Source: Candidatus Thorarchaeota archaeon (GTDB taxonomy: Archaea; Asgardarchaeota; Thorarchaeia; Thorarchaeales; Thorarchaeaceae). Taken from it: a stretch of DNA of 47,045 nt. This document shows positions 9,198 through 19,005 of this stretch, piece after piece; the stretch's first letter is position 1; each line of letters begins with the position of its first letter. The notes under the pieces are model-generated. The model worked only from the letters and a program-made list of their open reading frames with translations. It was not told the origin of the DNA and ran no database searches. The DNA lies in assembly GCA_048884965.1 (NCBI GenBank), contig JBHLQH010000026.1:1-47045 (forward strand), in the 5' to 3' direction. The position numbers and the translations under genes were made by a program.

Positions 9198-9713
9198 ATG
9201 ACCAGCAACTACTCGATTCGGTTCTTTAGTCGTGATGACATCAGAGCAGTTGTCGATATCAATAGGTCATGCCTCCCTGAGAACTATCCTGATCAGTTCT
9301 TTCTAGGTCTCTTCCATCATGCACCGAAGTCTTTCATCGTTGCTGAATGTGATGAAGGGGTATGTGGGTATATCATGTGCCGAATAGAGAGAGGAATCTC
9401 TAGCTTCGGGAGGGCCCCTGTGAAGAAAGGTCACATCGTTTCTGTAGCTGTACGAAATGAGCACAGGCATCATGGAATTGGTACTAAATTAGTAGAAGCT
9501 GCGATGGAGGGTATGGAGGAGTACGGGGCATCGGAATTCTTCCTAGAGGTACGAAAGACCAACGAAGAAGCGATTGCAGTTTACGAAAAGCTTGATTTCG
9601 AAATCAAGCGTGTATTGAAGGGTTACTATAGAGATGGTGAGGATGCCTATCTAATGGTTCGTCAGAGCGATTCCCCGGATATCACCGAGGAGGCTGTCCC
9701 AACTGACGAGTAG
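9198..9713 (+). CDS. ard1: N-terminal protein acetyltransferase (archaeal Ard1/Naa10-RimI family)
   Basis: CLPENY, GYIMCRIE, KGHIVSVAV...R.HGIG, LEVRKTN..AI..Y, YYRDGEDAY motifs. Confidence 0.9.
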   Translation: MTSNYSIRFFSRDDIRAVVDINRSCLPENYPDQFFLGLFHHAPKSFIVAECDEGVCGYIMCRIERGISSFGRAPVKKGHIVSVAVRNEHRHHGIGTKLVEAAMEGMEEYGASEFFLEVRKTNEEAIAVYEKLDFEIKRVLKGYYRDGEDAYLMVRQSDSPDITEEAVPTDE

Positions 9714-9729
9714 GCCAATAGTAGTCCCA

Positions 9730-10617
9730 TTGATTCCTGAGTGCTCTTCCTGTATTGTGAGTAGCTTGCAGATGCTCATTCCACTTCTTACTGATGATGA
9801 AGGAGAGCAAATGAGATTCTTCACCTATGCGTATAACAGAATCGCCGAAGGGTTTGAGAAGAAGCTTGAACCTGTTCTTCTGTCAATAGGATTGTATCAA
9901 GAACTCTACCAAATGGGCAACAAGACAGACCCCTACCGAGATATAAAGGATAGAAGCATAAGAGCTGCAGAGAAAGCCCTACCTATTATTGAACTGGAGA
10001 TAAGAAAGTTCCAAGGATATGATAGGCTCCGAGCCGCGCTTTCAGCATCAATAGCAGGAAATCTCATTGATTTCAATACTGCATATCACAAGCCGGATCT
10101 TGAAACCTTGTCAGAAGTATTCCATTCGATCATGCGTGAAGGATTTGCATTGGATGACTCTGAATCGCTTTGGCAGATATTGAATTCATTCCAAGGTCAT
10201 GCGGTAATCCTTGCCGATAATGCAGGGGAAACCCATTTCGATTTGCCTCTCCTCGAGGTCATGAAAGATTTGGGTTGGAAGATGACCTATGTTGTCAAGA
10301 TGAAACCAATGATAAATGATGCAACAAGAGATGACATCACTGGATCACGAATCGAGGAGTTAGCAGACATTGCGGATAATGGCGGATGGGCCCATGGAGT
10401 ACCTCGATCCTATGTTTCACATGAATTCCTCGAACTAGTAGCATCTTGCGACCTCGTTCTCTCAAAAGGACAAGCGAATGTTGAAACATTTCCTGAAATT
10501 CAACGAGAACTCAACATCAATACCTTCTACATTATTCGAGCGAAATGTCCTCATATTGCTCAAGCTGCCGGAGGAAAGGTAGGAGACAACATTGTCCTTC
10601 AAATACCTGCTCGTTGA
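9730..10617 (+). CDS. DUF89/ARMT1-like damage-control metal-dependent phosphatase
   Basis: N-terminal CxxC, DPY..K, AGNLIDF, DNAGE, INDAT, KGQANVE, KC motifs. Confidence 0.88.
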   Translation: MIPECSSCIVSSLQMLIPLLTDDEGEQMRFFTYAYNRIAEGFEKKLEPVLLSIGLYQELYQMGNKTDPYRDIKDRSIRAAEKALPIIELEIRKFQGYDRLRAALSASIAGNLIDFNTAYHKPDLETLSEVFHSIMREGFALDDSESLWQILNSFQGHAVILADNAGETHFDLPLLEVMKDLGWKMTYVVKMKPMINDATRDDITGSRIEELADIADNGGWAHGVPRSYVSHEFLELVASCDLVLSKGQANVETFPEIQRELNINTFYIIRAKCPHIAQAAGGKVGDNIVLQIPAR

Positions 10618-10667
10618 GAATCGAACTATAGAAAGTTGGACCTTGATATCCATCCGCATCATAGACA

Positions 10668-11249
10668 CTAGTAATTCCTTTCTGATGATATTGCATAATT
10701 CTCAATCAGTTTTTTCTTAACCTCACCAAGTACTGTACCTATAGACATAGGTTCTTCCATTGAAAGACGCGTCAGCTCTTCGAGCTCATTAGCTAACTTC
10801 ATACACTGCTGTTTGCCTTTGATAGTGTATTCGAATGCAAAATCGCTAGTGAAAGGACTTCTCTCCACACTAATGCCTGAAATAAGGTGGCTCAACCTGT
10901 GCAATTCACTCCAGACCACATATTGCCGAACTGAATCATCAGAACGTACCAGACTCCTCGCTACTCCTAGCAAAATGTCATCAAGACGCGCTAGCATATT
11001 GGACATAGCTTCGGATGTTTCTCCAATTTCCTCCCTTAGATCTTCTTCCATCTCTTCTTCATTGGTCTTGCTGAATATGTTTACTCTATCCCAAATAGAG
11101 ATGTGCGATCTCACTTCATCCAAATAGGAATCCGTTTGAATCAGCTTGCGATCAAGTTCTCGGATATCATTCAACAAGCTCTTGGTTTCGTCTAATTCGA
11201 GTATCGTTGATTCGATCTTCTCAATCACGTATCTTGGAGTGTAGGTCAA
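10668..11249 (-). CDS. Hypothetical helical/coiled-coil protein
   Basis: 193-aa ORF; GGTGAG RBS upstream of TTG. Confidence 0.6.
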   Translation of the reverse strand: MTYTPRYVIEKIESTILELDETKSLLNDIRELDRKLIQTDSYLDEVRSHISIWDRVNIFSKTNEEEMEEDLREEIGETSEAMSNMLARLDDILLGVARSLVRSDDSVRQYVVWSELHRLSHLISGISVERSPFTSDFAFEYTIKGKQQCMKLANELEELTRLSMEEPMSIGTVLGEVKKKLIENYAISSERNY

Positions 11250-11353
11250 AGAGATTTCTCACCCATGACCCCTCCTCGGGAAATCTCATATAGTTTGTTC
11301 AAAAGCTCATCAAAGGCTTGCAAAACGGACATTCCCAAGATTTCATCCTCGTT

Positions 11354-11422
11354 GACAAGGTTTTTATTCAACCTCCAGCGGCATCCTAATGTTTGACCGA
11401 GTCCTAAGACAAGGTTTAAATA
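11354..11422 (+). promoter_or_regulatory. Two tandem BRE/TATA-like elements upstream of the thermosome gene
   Basis: GACAAGGTTT repeated at 11354 and 11408, continuing TTATT and AAATA. Confidence 0.4.
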
Positions 11423-11526
11423 AAAACAATCAACCGGAGCCCATGTACAGTTTTATTCCAGAACTGCATTTACTATGGTTAATGCAGCTAGCATGATAAC
11501 ATATCAAAGCTGGAGGAAACATAAAG

Positions 11527-13164
11527 ATGAGTCAACAGATACCTGTCGTCGTCTTGAGAGAAGACGCGGAGAGAACACGTGGCCGTGATGCTCAAAGAAA
11601 CAACATCATGGCAGCCATCGTCATCGCTGAAGCAGTCAAATCAGCATTAGGTCCAAAAGGAATGGACAAGATGCTCGTTGACAGCTTTGGAGATGTGACT
11701 GTTAGCAACGATGGTGCTACTATACTAAAAGAGATGGACGTAGCCCATCCAGCTGCAAAGATGGTCATTGAGGTAGCAAAGACGGTTGACGCAGAAGTGG
11801 GGGACGGAACTACTACTGCAGCAGTCCTGACCGGAAACCTGCTAAAACAAGCAGATACCTTGCTGGACCAGAAAATACATCCAACTACCATCATCAGTGG
11901 GTACAGAAAGGCAACTGAAAGGGCTTTGAAGGTTATTGATGACGTCGCTGAAAAAATCGATCCAGCAGATGCATCATTCAAGAAAGTGCTACTGGATGTA
12001 GCAATGACCTCAATGTCGAGCAAGTTCGTTTCGGACTCAAAGGAAGAACTAGCTAAGGTTGTGGTAGACGCTGTCTTGGCCGTTGCAAAGGAACGCGCAG
12101 GTGATGAGGATATCGATATGGAGAACATCCCTCGTCAAAAGCAGAAAGGAATGCCTGTCACAAGAACCGAACTTGTGAGGGGTATCGTTCTCGACAAGGA
12201 GATAGTTCATCCTGCAATGCCAAAGAAGATCGAAGGCGCAAAAATTGCTCTTCTTGAAGCACCAATCGAAATCACCAAAACCGAGTTCGATGCAAAGATC
12301 GCCATTTCAAATCCAGCGGCTATGCAGAATTTCCTAGATGAAGAGGAACGAATGCTTCGCAGCTTGACTGATAAGATTATCCAGTCAGGAGCCAATGTTG
12401 TCATCGCCCAGAAAGGAATTGATGATGTTGCACAGCATTTCCTAGCAAAGGCTGGTATTCTAGCTGTTCGTAGAATAAAGAAGTCTGATGTCGAACGTCT
12501 TCACAAGGCAACTGGTGCTGCAATCGTTTCAAAGATTCAGAACCTTACCAGTGCAGACCTTGGTAAGGCGAAGCTCGTTGAGCAACGCCAGATTGGAGAG
12601 GATAAGATGCTCTTCGTTGAAGGTACTCCGAAATCATCAGTGGTTACACTCCTTGTAAGAGGAGGGACAGATCACATCGTTGATGAAGTCGATAGAGCTC
12701 TAAACGATGCACTCTACGTCGTGCGAGATGTAGTCATTCATCCTCATATCACCTATGGCGGTGGTGCTCTAGCAAGCGAGATCGCGAAAGAACTAAGAGA
12801 CTACTCATCAAAGCTTGAAGGAAGAGAGCAATACGCAGTCAACTCCTTTGCTGAGGCAATCGAGGGACTTCCAGCTACTCTTGCTGAGAATGCTGGTCTT
12901 GATCCTATTGACATTATGGTGGATCTAAGGACAGCCCATGCAGATGGCAAAGTCACCTTCGGTGTCGACCTAGGAAAAGGTAAAGTAGGAGACATGAAGA
13001 GTGCTCATGTTGTCGAGTCAGCACTTGTCAACAAGCAAATCGTTATGTCTGCTGCAGAAGCTGCTCAGATGATCCTCAAGATCGATGATGTCATTAGCTC
13101 GAAGGGTTCAGGTGCAGGCGGTGGAATGCCTGGTGGTCCTGAAGGCGATATGGACGACGAATAG
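11527..13164 (+). CDS. ths: Thermosome (group II chaperonin) subunit
   Basis: LGPKGMDKML, NDGATIL, GDGTTT, GIVLDKE, YGGGA and a C-terminal Gly/Met-rich tail; GGAGG RBS. Confidence 0.98.
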   Translation: MSQQIPVVVLREDAERTRGRDAQRNNIMAAIVIAEAVKSALGPKGMDKMLVDSFGDVTVSNDGATILKEMDVAHPAAKMVIEVAKTVDAEVGDGTTTAAVLTGNLLKQADTLLDQKIHPTTIISGYRKATERALKVIDDVAEKIDPADASFKKVLLDVAMTSMSSKFVSDSKEELAKVVVDAVLAVAKERAGDEDIDMENIPRQKQKGMPVTRTELVRGIVLDKEIVHPAMPKKIEGAKIALLEAPIEITKTEFDAKIAISNPAAMQNFLDEEERMLRSLTDKIIQSGANVVIAQKGIDDVAQHFLAKAGILAVRRIKKSDVERLHKATGAAIVSKIQNLTSADLGKAKLVEQRQIGEDKMLFVEGTPKSSVVTLLVRGGTDHIVDEVDRALNDALYVVRDVVIHPHITYGGGALASEIAKELRDYSSKLEGREQYAVNSFAEAIEGLPATLAENAGLDPIDIMVDLRTAHADGKVTFGVDLGKGKVGDMKSAHVVESALVNKQIVMSAAEAAQMILKIDDVISSKGSGAGGGMPGGPEGDMDDE

Positions 13165-13200
13165 AAAGAGTCAAACGTACTAAAGTAGGTGTGCGAACTC

Positions 13201-13881
13201 ATGTCAAAAGACCCCGATAACGAAGTAAATGAAAGTGATGAAGAGGAGTTGGGAGACCTCACTCCTGAAGAAATCGCTGACATGCTAACAAACATACAAG
13301 GTGTTGGACCCAAGAATGCAGTAAAACTACTGGAAGAGGGTTATGACAACATCAGAAAAGTAGCAGAAGCGAATGCTGAAGAGCTAGCAGAAGCAATCTC
13401 TGGATTTAGTGTATCTAAAGCAGAGGACATCATAGATGAAGCAAAGGCTCTTCTTGAAGCAATTGAAGCCGGGGTTGTAGACGTAACTGGCAAAGCTAAG
13501 AAGTCAAAGAGGAAGAAGGCTCCAGAGCCAGACCCAGAAATTCACGAACTCCCACCGGGAGAAGCGATCGAGAAAGTCATTGAGAGACAAAGTCTCTCAA
13601 CAGGTCGTGAGAAGGAGAATGTTGACATGGGTATTCCAGCAGGAATGAAATGGCTTAGCAAGTTCGAAAAGGCTCGTATCATCGGCGCCCGCGCACTGCA
13701 AATCTCGATGGGCGCTCCAGTCCTCGTGGATATGACCAGTGCTCCCTCTGGGCTTTTTGCGCTAGCTGAGGTAGAACTAAGCTCCGGTGTTTTACCAATG
13801 ACTGTGCGAAGGACATTACCAACCGGAGAGTTCTTTGACATACCGTTAGCATCGTTGCTTAAACATACAAGACTGGACTAA
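13201..13881 (+). CDS. rpo6: RNA polymerase subunit Rpo6 (K/RPB6) with N-terminal acidic tail and (HhH)2 domain
   Basis: C-terminal LSKFEKARIIGARALQISMGAP...LPMTVRRTLP is the Rpo6/RPB6 signature; N-terminal LTNIQGVGPKNAVKLLEEGY is an HhH. ATG 13201 follows AGGTG. Confidence 0.92.
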   Translation: MSKDPDNEVNESDEEELGDLTPEEIADMLTNIQGVGPKNAVKLLEEGYDNIRKVAEANAEELAEAISGFSVSKAEDIIDEAKALLEAIEAGVVDVTGKAKKSKRKKAPEPDPEIHELPPGEAIEKVIERQSLSTGREKENVDMGIPAGMKWLSKFEKARIIGARALQISMGAPVLVDMTSAPSGLFALAEVELSSGVLPMTVRRTLPTGEFFDIPLASLLKHTRLD

Positions 13882-13907
13882 TTCGGTCCAGTCATTTCAT
13901 CTTTTTT
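13871..13907 (+). terminator. Hairpin plus U-tract terminator overlapping the rpo6 stop
   Basis: GACTGGAC-TAATTCG-GTCCAGTC then ATTTCATCTTTTTT. Confidence 0.55.
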
Positions 13908-13972
13908 CATGGAGCAATAGTACGCCTTAAATGGGAGAACATACTCATCCATAGGTCCGGACGTGAGCTCCA

Positions 13973-15310
13973 GTGCAAAATGCTATAGATTTCCTTACTG
14001 CAGATTTAGTTCTTAGATTACTAGTGGGTTTTGCAGTAGGAGGTCTCATAGGTCTTGAACGACAGAAGAAACAGGAGCATGATCGGACCATTGGAGTGCG
14101 TTCCTTTGGTTTGCATAGCCTGCTTGGCACTCTTGCCGCTTACTCCTATGTCGTTTCCGGAAATCCTCTGATATTGTTCTATGCAACGGCAATCTCGATA
14201 ATGATTGTTGGTGTGCATTTGTATCAGAAGATAATTCGATCCATGAGGAAAGGAATGACGACCACAATTGTATTTGCGATGTCATATGTTCTTGGGGCCT
14301 TGGTCGGTTTCGATGTGCCTCCTGAAGGACAGCTACTTGGCACATTGCAAATATTGGCAATGACAGTATCATTTCTTGTCTTCCTGGTTTTAGGATTCAA
14401 ACAGGAACTTGCTTCCGCAGTTGCTGGGATAAGTCATGAGGAAATGATCAGTGCGGTAGAGCTGGGAGTGTTGATACTATTCTTCTGGCCACTTGTACCT
14501 GACACTATTCCGGTTCCAGGTCTACCATCCGGCTTTCCAATCTTTACAACATATCTTCTGATAGTCATCCTACTTTCAATCAGCTTCGCGAACTACCTTC
14601 TGATCAAGAAGTACAAGGACCGAGGAGAGTATTTCTTTGGCTTCTTTGGAGGTTTTGCTAATAGTGAAGCGACAGTATCAAGTCTAACTGATAATTATGT
14701 GAAAACCGAAAGAAAGAAGGTTGGACTCACATCCGTATCCACAATCTTGGCTAATGTAGGAATGGTCATTCGAAATGGAATATTAGTGCTTATCCTTGAT
14801 CCGACATTTAGTATCTTCGGCTACTATATCATTCCCCTACTAATTCTTCTTACTATCGGAGTCTTTCGTTTTATCTATCAGGAACAGCATGAAAAAGATG
14901 AAGAATTACAAGAGCTAGACGCAAAGATGGTTTCTCCGTTTGAATTTGGTGCTGCCATCAGATTTGCAGTAGTCTTCGGATTCATCCTCTACATATCACT
15001 TGTCGCTCAGGCAGTCGCAAGTGATTTGGGTTTCCTTATAGCAGCAACAATCGGAGGGCTTGTCAATGCGGGAGCTATTGTGACGACTGCTGCGTTAGCT
15101 TATGGTGCAGGAGGAATCTCGCTAATTACCGCAGCTTATGCTGTCATCATTTCGACGATGATGGCGGTCATGAACAAGATCATCTTCGTATATCAAGCGG
15201 ATAGAGATACAAAATTAGTAAAGGTCGTTGCCAGAGATGCCCTACTAATGGCGGCCGTGGTAGTCATCTATCTCATACTCTTGAGTGCAGGAGTTATTCC
15301 AGTTGCTTGA
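13973..15310 (+). CDS. MgtC/SapB-DUF4010 family membrane protein
   Basis: GGLIGLERQ...GVRSF.L..LLG, GMTT, ISFANY, SPFEF..A..F; more than 10 TMs. Confidence 0.88.
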   Translation: MQNAIDFLTADLVLRLLVGFAVGGLIGLERQKKQEHDRTIGVRSFGLHSLLGTLAAYSYVVSGNPLILFYATAISIMIVGVHLYQKIIRSMRKGMTTTIVFAMSYVLGALVGFDVPPEGQLLGTLQILAMTVSFLVFLVLGFKQELASAVAGISHEEMISAVELGVLILFFWPLVPDTIPVPGLPSGFPIFTTYLLIVILLSISFANYLLIKKYKDRGEYFFGFFGGFANSEATVSSLTDNYVKTERKKVGLTSVSTILANVGMVIRNGILVLILDPTFSIFGYYIIPLLILLTIGVFRFIYQEQHEKDEELQELDAKMVSPFEFGAAIRFAVVFGFILYISLVAQAVASDLGFLIAATIGGLVNAGAIVTTAALAYGAGGISLITAAYAVIISTMMAVMNKIIFVYQADRDTKLVKVVARDALLMAAVVVIYLILLSAGVIPVA

Positions 15311-15462
15311 GATGCTCAGCAAAACACTTAAAGAAGAAATTACTGAAACCACAAATGGTGACAGAATATGCAAGATGGTGGATTCGTTCATCTACTTTTG
15401 GAATAATTTCTTAGAGGATATCATCTTAGCTGTTACTGGAGAATCTCAAGGAGGATTCAATC

Positions 15463-16770
15463 TTGAATGACATGCGAACAGTACGTGGTATGAGAGACCT
15501 CATGGGAGATGAGATGCTAATCCGCAATTATTTGATAGATCAAGCGACTCAAGTCTTCAAAGGTTTCGGATATGAGCCCCTAGATTCACCAGTAATGGAG
15601 CTATGGGAAACACTCTCTGCAAAAGGCGGAGAAGAAGTCGAGGCTGAAACTTTCAAGTTTACTGACAAGGGTGAACGAGAAGTAGGACTAAGATTTGATC
15701 TTACGGTTCCCCTAGCCAGAATAGCAGCATCTAATCCGCATCTAAAGAAACCCTTCAAGAGATATGCCATAGGAAAAGCTTGGAGATATGACCGACCGCA
15801 AGCAGGAAGATATCGAGAATTCATGCAAGCTGATGTGGATATCATAGGAGCAGCGAGTGCTGCTGCTGATGCCGAGGTTGTGCTTGTTGCATTAGAATTC
15901 CTACGAAGAACCTTGCAGAAGAAATACATAATCAAGGTCAATAACCGGAAAGTCCTGAAAGGACTGACAGAAACTGCAGGGGTCAAAGATGACCTTGCTC
16001 ATGAATGCTTCCGCTCCATAGACAAGTTGGACAAAATTGGAAAGGATGGAGTAATTGAGGAACTCAACTCAAGAGGAATCCCCCAGAGTTCAACAGAAAC
16101 CCTTCTAGATGCCTTGGATATTAGAGGTTCAGGTGTGCAAGGTCTCGAGGAGTTCTCACTCCTTCTAAAGGACTCGGAGATCGGATTAGAGGGGGTAGAG
16201 GAGCTTCGACTCATGGCAGAAGTCTTTGAAGAAACAGGGGTTTCTGAATCAGTTATCTTCGACATGTCGCTTGCCAGAGGATTAGACTACTACACAGGGC
16301 CAGTATTTGAAGGGAGATATCTGGGAAAGCCCAAGGTAGGCTCAATATTGGGAGGTGGCCGCTATGATCACCTCATTGCTAAGTTTGGAGGCAGTCCTAC
16401 TCCAGCAACAGGAATATCACTAGGCATCGATCGGATTATCGATGTGCTTCTTGCAAAAGGAGTCCCAAAGGGTCTCGAAGGTAGACTTGATGTCTTCATT
16501 GCCCCAATCAAGAAAGCACAAGTCAAGAATGGTATGCGAATTGCAAACCTTCTGGTCCAAGAAGGAATGACTGTCGAGGTAGATCTCATGGATAGGTCTC
16601 TTGGCAAGCTCCTAGAACAATCTGAGCTTAAAGGCGCTCGATATACAGTCATTATCGGACCAAAGGATATCGCAAAGGGCGAAGTGAGTATCCGAGATAT
16701 GGCATCAAAAGAAACACAGGCAGTGAAGATAGAAGATGCTGTGAAGTATCTCCGAACCCATGCAAAATAG
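15463..16770 (+). CDS. hisS: Histidine--tRNA ligase
   Basis: RGMRD, LRFDLTVP, WRYDRPQAGRYREFMQADVD, LARGLDYYTG, GGGRYD, anticodon-binding C-domain. Confidence 0.98.
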   Translation: MNDMRTVRGMRDLMGDEMLIRNYLIDQATQVFKGFGYEPLDSPVMELWETLSAKGGEEVEAETFKFTDKGEREVGLRFDLTVPLARIAASNPHLKKPFKRYAIGKAWRYDRPQAGRYREFMQADVDIIGAASAAADAEVVLVALEFLRRTLQKKYIIKVNNRKVLKGLTETAGVKDDLAHECFRSIDKLDKIGKDGVIEELNSRGIPQSSTETLLDALDIRGSGVQGLEEFSLLLKDSEIGLEGVEELRLMAEVFEETGVSESVIFDMSLARGLDYYTGPVFEGRYLGKPKVGSILGGGRYDHLIAKFGGSPTPATGISLGIDRIIDVLLAKGVPKGLEGRLDVFIAPIKKAQVKNGMRIANLLVQEGMTVEVDLMDRSLGKLLEQSELKGARYTVIIGPKDIAKGEVSIRDMASKETQAVKIEDAVKYLRTHAK

Positions 16771-16778
16771 AATAGTAC

Positions 16779-16814
16779 TGAGAAGGAGATTTGCCTAGGC
16801 AAATCCTTTTCTCA
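16779..16814. repeat. Perfect 18-bp palindrome within a longer imperfect inverted repeat (terminator or operator)
   Basis: TGAGAAGGA-GATTTGCCTAGGCAAATC-CTTTTCTCA between hisS and MEMO1. Confidence 0.6.
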
Positions 16815-16845
16815 CTCAATGCCCTTTGTAATTCTGGGATTTGAA

Positions 16846-17685
16846 ATGACACGACTTCCTGTTGTAGCGGGCAGATTCTATGAAGGCAGTGAAGATATGT
16901 TAAGGCAAAGAATTGAGGAGTGCTTCCTGAAGGGAAGTGGACCGGGTAGATTGCCTGATATGGATCAAACCAATGAGAGAAGAATCAAGGCTCTTATTGC
17001 ACCTCATGCAGGGTATGTCTATTCAGGGATGCCAGCTGCACATAGCTACCTCTCACTGTACGAAGATGGCAAACCAGATCATATTGTAATCATCGGACCA
17101 AATCATTCAGGATATGGAGCACCGGTCGCAATCTGTAATGAGGACTGGAAGACTCCACTTGGTATCGCAAAATATGATCGACAGCTAGGTCCTTTGATAG
17201 TCGAGCAGAATCAATATGCAACAAATGATTGTGTTGCTCATAGCGCAGAGCATTCAATAGAAGTACAGGTTCCATTCTTACAATACACTTTTGGAGAGGA
17301 TGTGAGTTTCGTACCAATCTGTTTGCGAAGTCATGATTTCAAAGTCATCGAATCCTTGGGAAATACAATAGCAGAATTATCAGAAGAGATGGATATACTT
17401 GTGATTGCGAGCTCTGACTTTACACATTTTGAATCATCTCAGAGCGCAAAAATGAAAGACAACCAAGCTATGGAGTTTCTAGAGTATCTGGATCCCATGG
17501 GCTTCATGCGCTTCATTCAAGATCATCGAGTGAGCATATGTGGAGCTGGACCGATTGCTGTATCTCTGGTGTTTGCAAAGCAGAAAGGTGCTACGAACTT
17601 TAGATTACTCAAGTATACGAATTCGGGTGAAATCACTGGAGACCATAAGAGTGTAGTCGCATACGTTTCTGCAATGTTCGTCTAA
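16846..17685 (+). CDS. MEMO1 family protein (AmmeMemoRadiSam protein B)
   Basis: R.PVVAGRFY, APHAGYVYSG, GPNH, EHSIEVQVPFLQ, ASSDFTH, ICGAG, VVAY. Confidence 0.95.
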   Translation: MTRLPVVAGRFYEGSEDMLRQRIEECFLKGSGPGRLPDMDQTNERRIKALIAPHAGYVYSGMPAAHSYLSLYEDGKPDHIVIIGPNHSGYGAPVAICNEDWKTPLGIAKYDRQLGPLIVEQNQYATNDCVAHSAEHSIEVQVPFLQYTFGEDVSFVPICLRSHDFKVIESLGNTIAELSEEMDILVIASSDFTHFESSQSAKMKDNQAMEFLEYLDPMGFMRFIQDHRVSICGAGPIAVSLVFAKQKGATNFRLLKYTNSGEITGDHKSVVAYVSAMFV

Positions 17686-17688
17686 ATC

Positions 17689-18945
17689 TTATCTCCTCGA
17701 ACGCGAACGTTCTACTTTACGTGGCAATCCTATAATCGCACCAATGCCTCCAATACTGCTGACTATGACCGCAACAGCTAGGGCCTCGTAGGCTGAACCT
17801 GACTGATCATATAGAACACCGCCAAGGAGAGGGCCGACAACATATGCACTGTTGCTGATTGCACCCATCATTCCCATGATTGTGCCGTAGGAGCGCGTAT
17901 CAGTAAGATCAGCGGTTAAAGCCTGAATCGTAGGTCCCCGCATAGACATCGCGACACCTAGAATTGCCCCTCCAATATAGAAGCCAATTATGTCTGTTGC
18001 AATCATAAATACGTATAATGATAGAGCTCCAACAAAAGATCCAATGACGATGAGCCATTTCCGCCCCAATCGATCTGACAGCTTTCCAAAGATAATATTC
18101 CCAATGATAGTAATGACTCCAAGAACTCCAAAGAAGGCTCCAATCTCGAGAGGACTTACGCCATAGCTGGTAACTATGTCAAGTGTGAATGCGACTTCGA
18201 GAATGCCGAGAGCGAACATATTAGCAAACATCGAAAGTCCAAGAGCTGAATACCCTTTCGTATTGGTACGAAGCACATCGATGATCGGAGGCCGAACTAC
18301 TTCATTTTCTTCTAACCGCGAGCTTGTCCTCTCAGGCTCTGTGACAAATACAACTATCGCTAAAAATGTGGCGAGAGTTCCTATTGCCGCAATAATGAAT
18401 GGAATGCGAATTCCTAGAAACTCTGCGAGAACTCCACCAATAGTTGGACCAATGACAAATCCAAGCATATTGCCCATCGAGATGTAACCCATTGCAGTCC
18501 CACGGTTCTCAGGCGTTGTGACATCAGATACATAGGCATTGGCAGATGGATAGAATCCAGCTGAAACCGCTCCTTCGACTGCACGCGCCGCGATCATTAC
18601 CGTGATGTCTTGGGCAAAGGCATACACAACATTTGCGACTGCGAATCCGATGAGTGAGAACATCAGGATTGGCTTTCTACCTGTCCTATCAGACAATTGA
18701 CCCATCGGGCCTGCAAGAAAAATACGAGTAAGTGCAAATGATGCTGCCAATATTCCCAAGTCGATCGCTCTTGCTCCAAGCTCTACAACATAATATGGAA
18801 AAATTGGTGTTACTATACCGAAACCAACCTGAAGAATAGCCAAAGCAAATGCAAGTGTCAATACCTGACGCATACCTTGATCCTTTTCTGTTTCATGATA
18901 ATTGTCAGCTGTCAAAGAATCATCACTGGTGGAATCGGTATCCAT
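17689..18945 (-). CDS. MFS transporter (DHA1/TetA-like)
   Basis: 12 TMs; GQLSDRTGRK and GKLSDRLGRK motif A copies. Confidence 0.93.
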   Translation of the reverse strand: MDTDSTSDDSLTADNYHETEKDQGMRQVLTLAFALAILQVGFGIVTPIFPYYVVELGARAIDLGILAASFALTRIFLAGPMGQLSDRTGRKPILMFSLIGFAVANVVYAFAQDITVMIAARAVEGAVSAGFYPSANAYVSDVTTPENRGTAMGYISMGNMLGFVIGPTIGGVLAEFLGIRIPFIIAAIGTLATFLAIVVFVTEPERTSSRLEENEVVRPPIIDVLRTNTKGYSALGLSMFANMFALGILEVAFTLDIVTSYGVSPLEIGAFFGVLGVITIIGNIIFGKLSDRLGRKWLIVIGSFVGALSLYVFMIATDIIGFYIGGAILGVAMSMRGPTIQALTADLTDTRSYGTIMGMMGAISNSAYVVGPLLGGVLYDQSGSAYEALAVAVIVSSIGGIGAIIGLPRKVERSRSRR

Positions 18946-19005
18946 GTGGCTAAACGCTCAACTGCCGTGTTTTAGGACTGCTTTTCAGTCTTGTTAAGAG
19001 GTACA

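Noticed and set aside
11592-13841. Several long minus-strand ORFs opposite thermosome and rpo6 (and similar ones opposite hisS, the GRE and gelsolin)
   Set aside because: Ser/Thr-rich antisense shadows of well-supported genes, with no motifs of their own.
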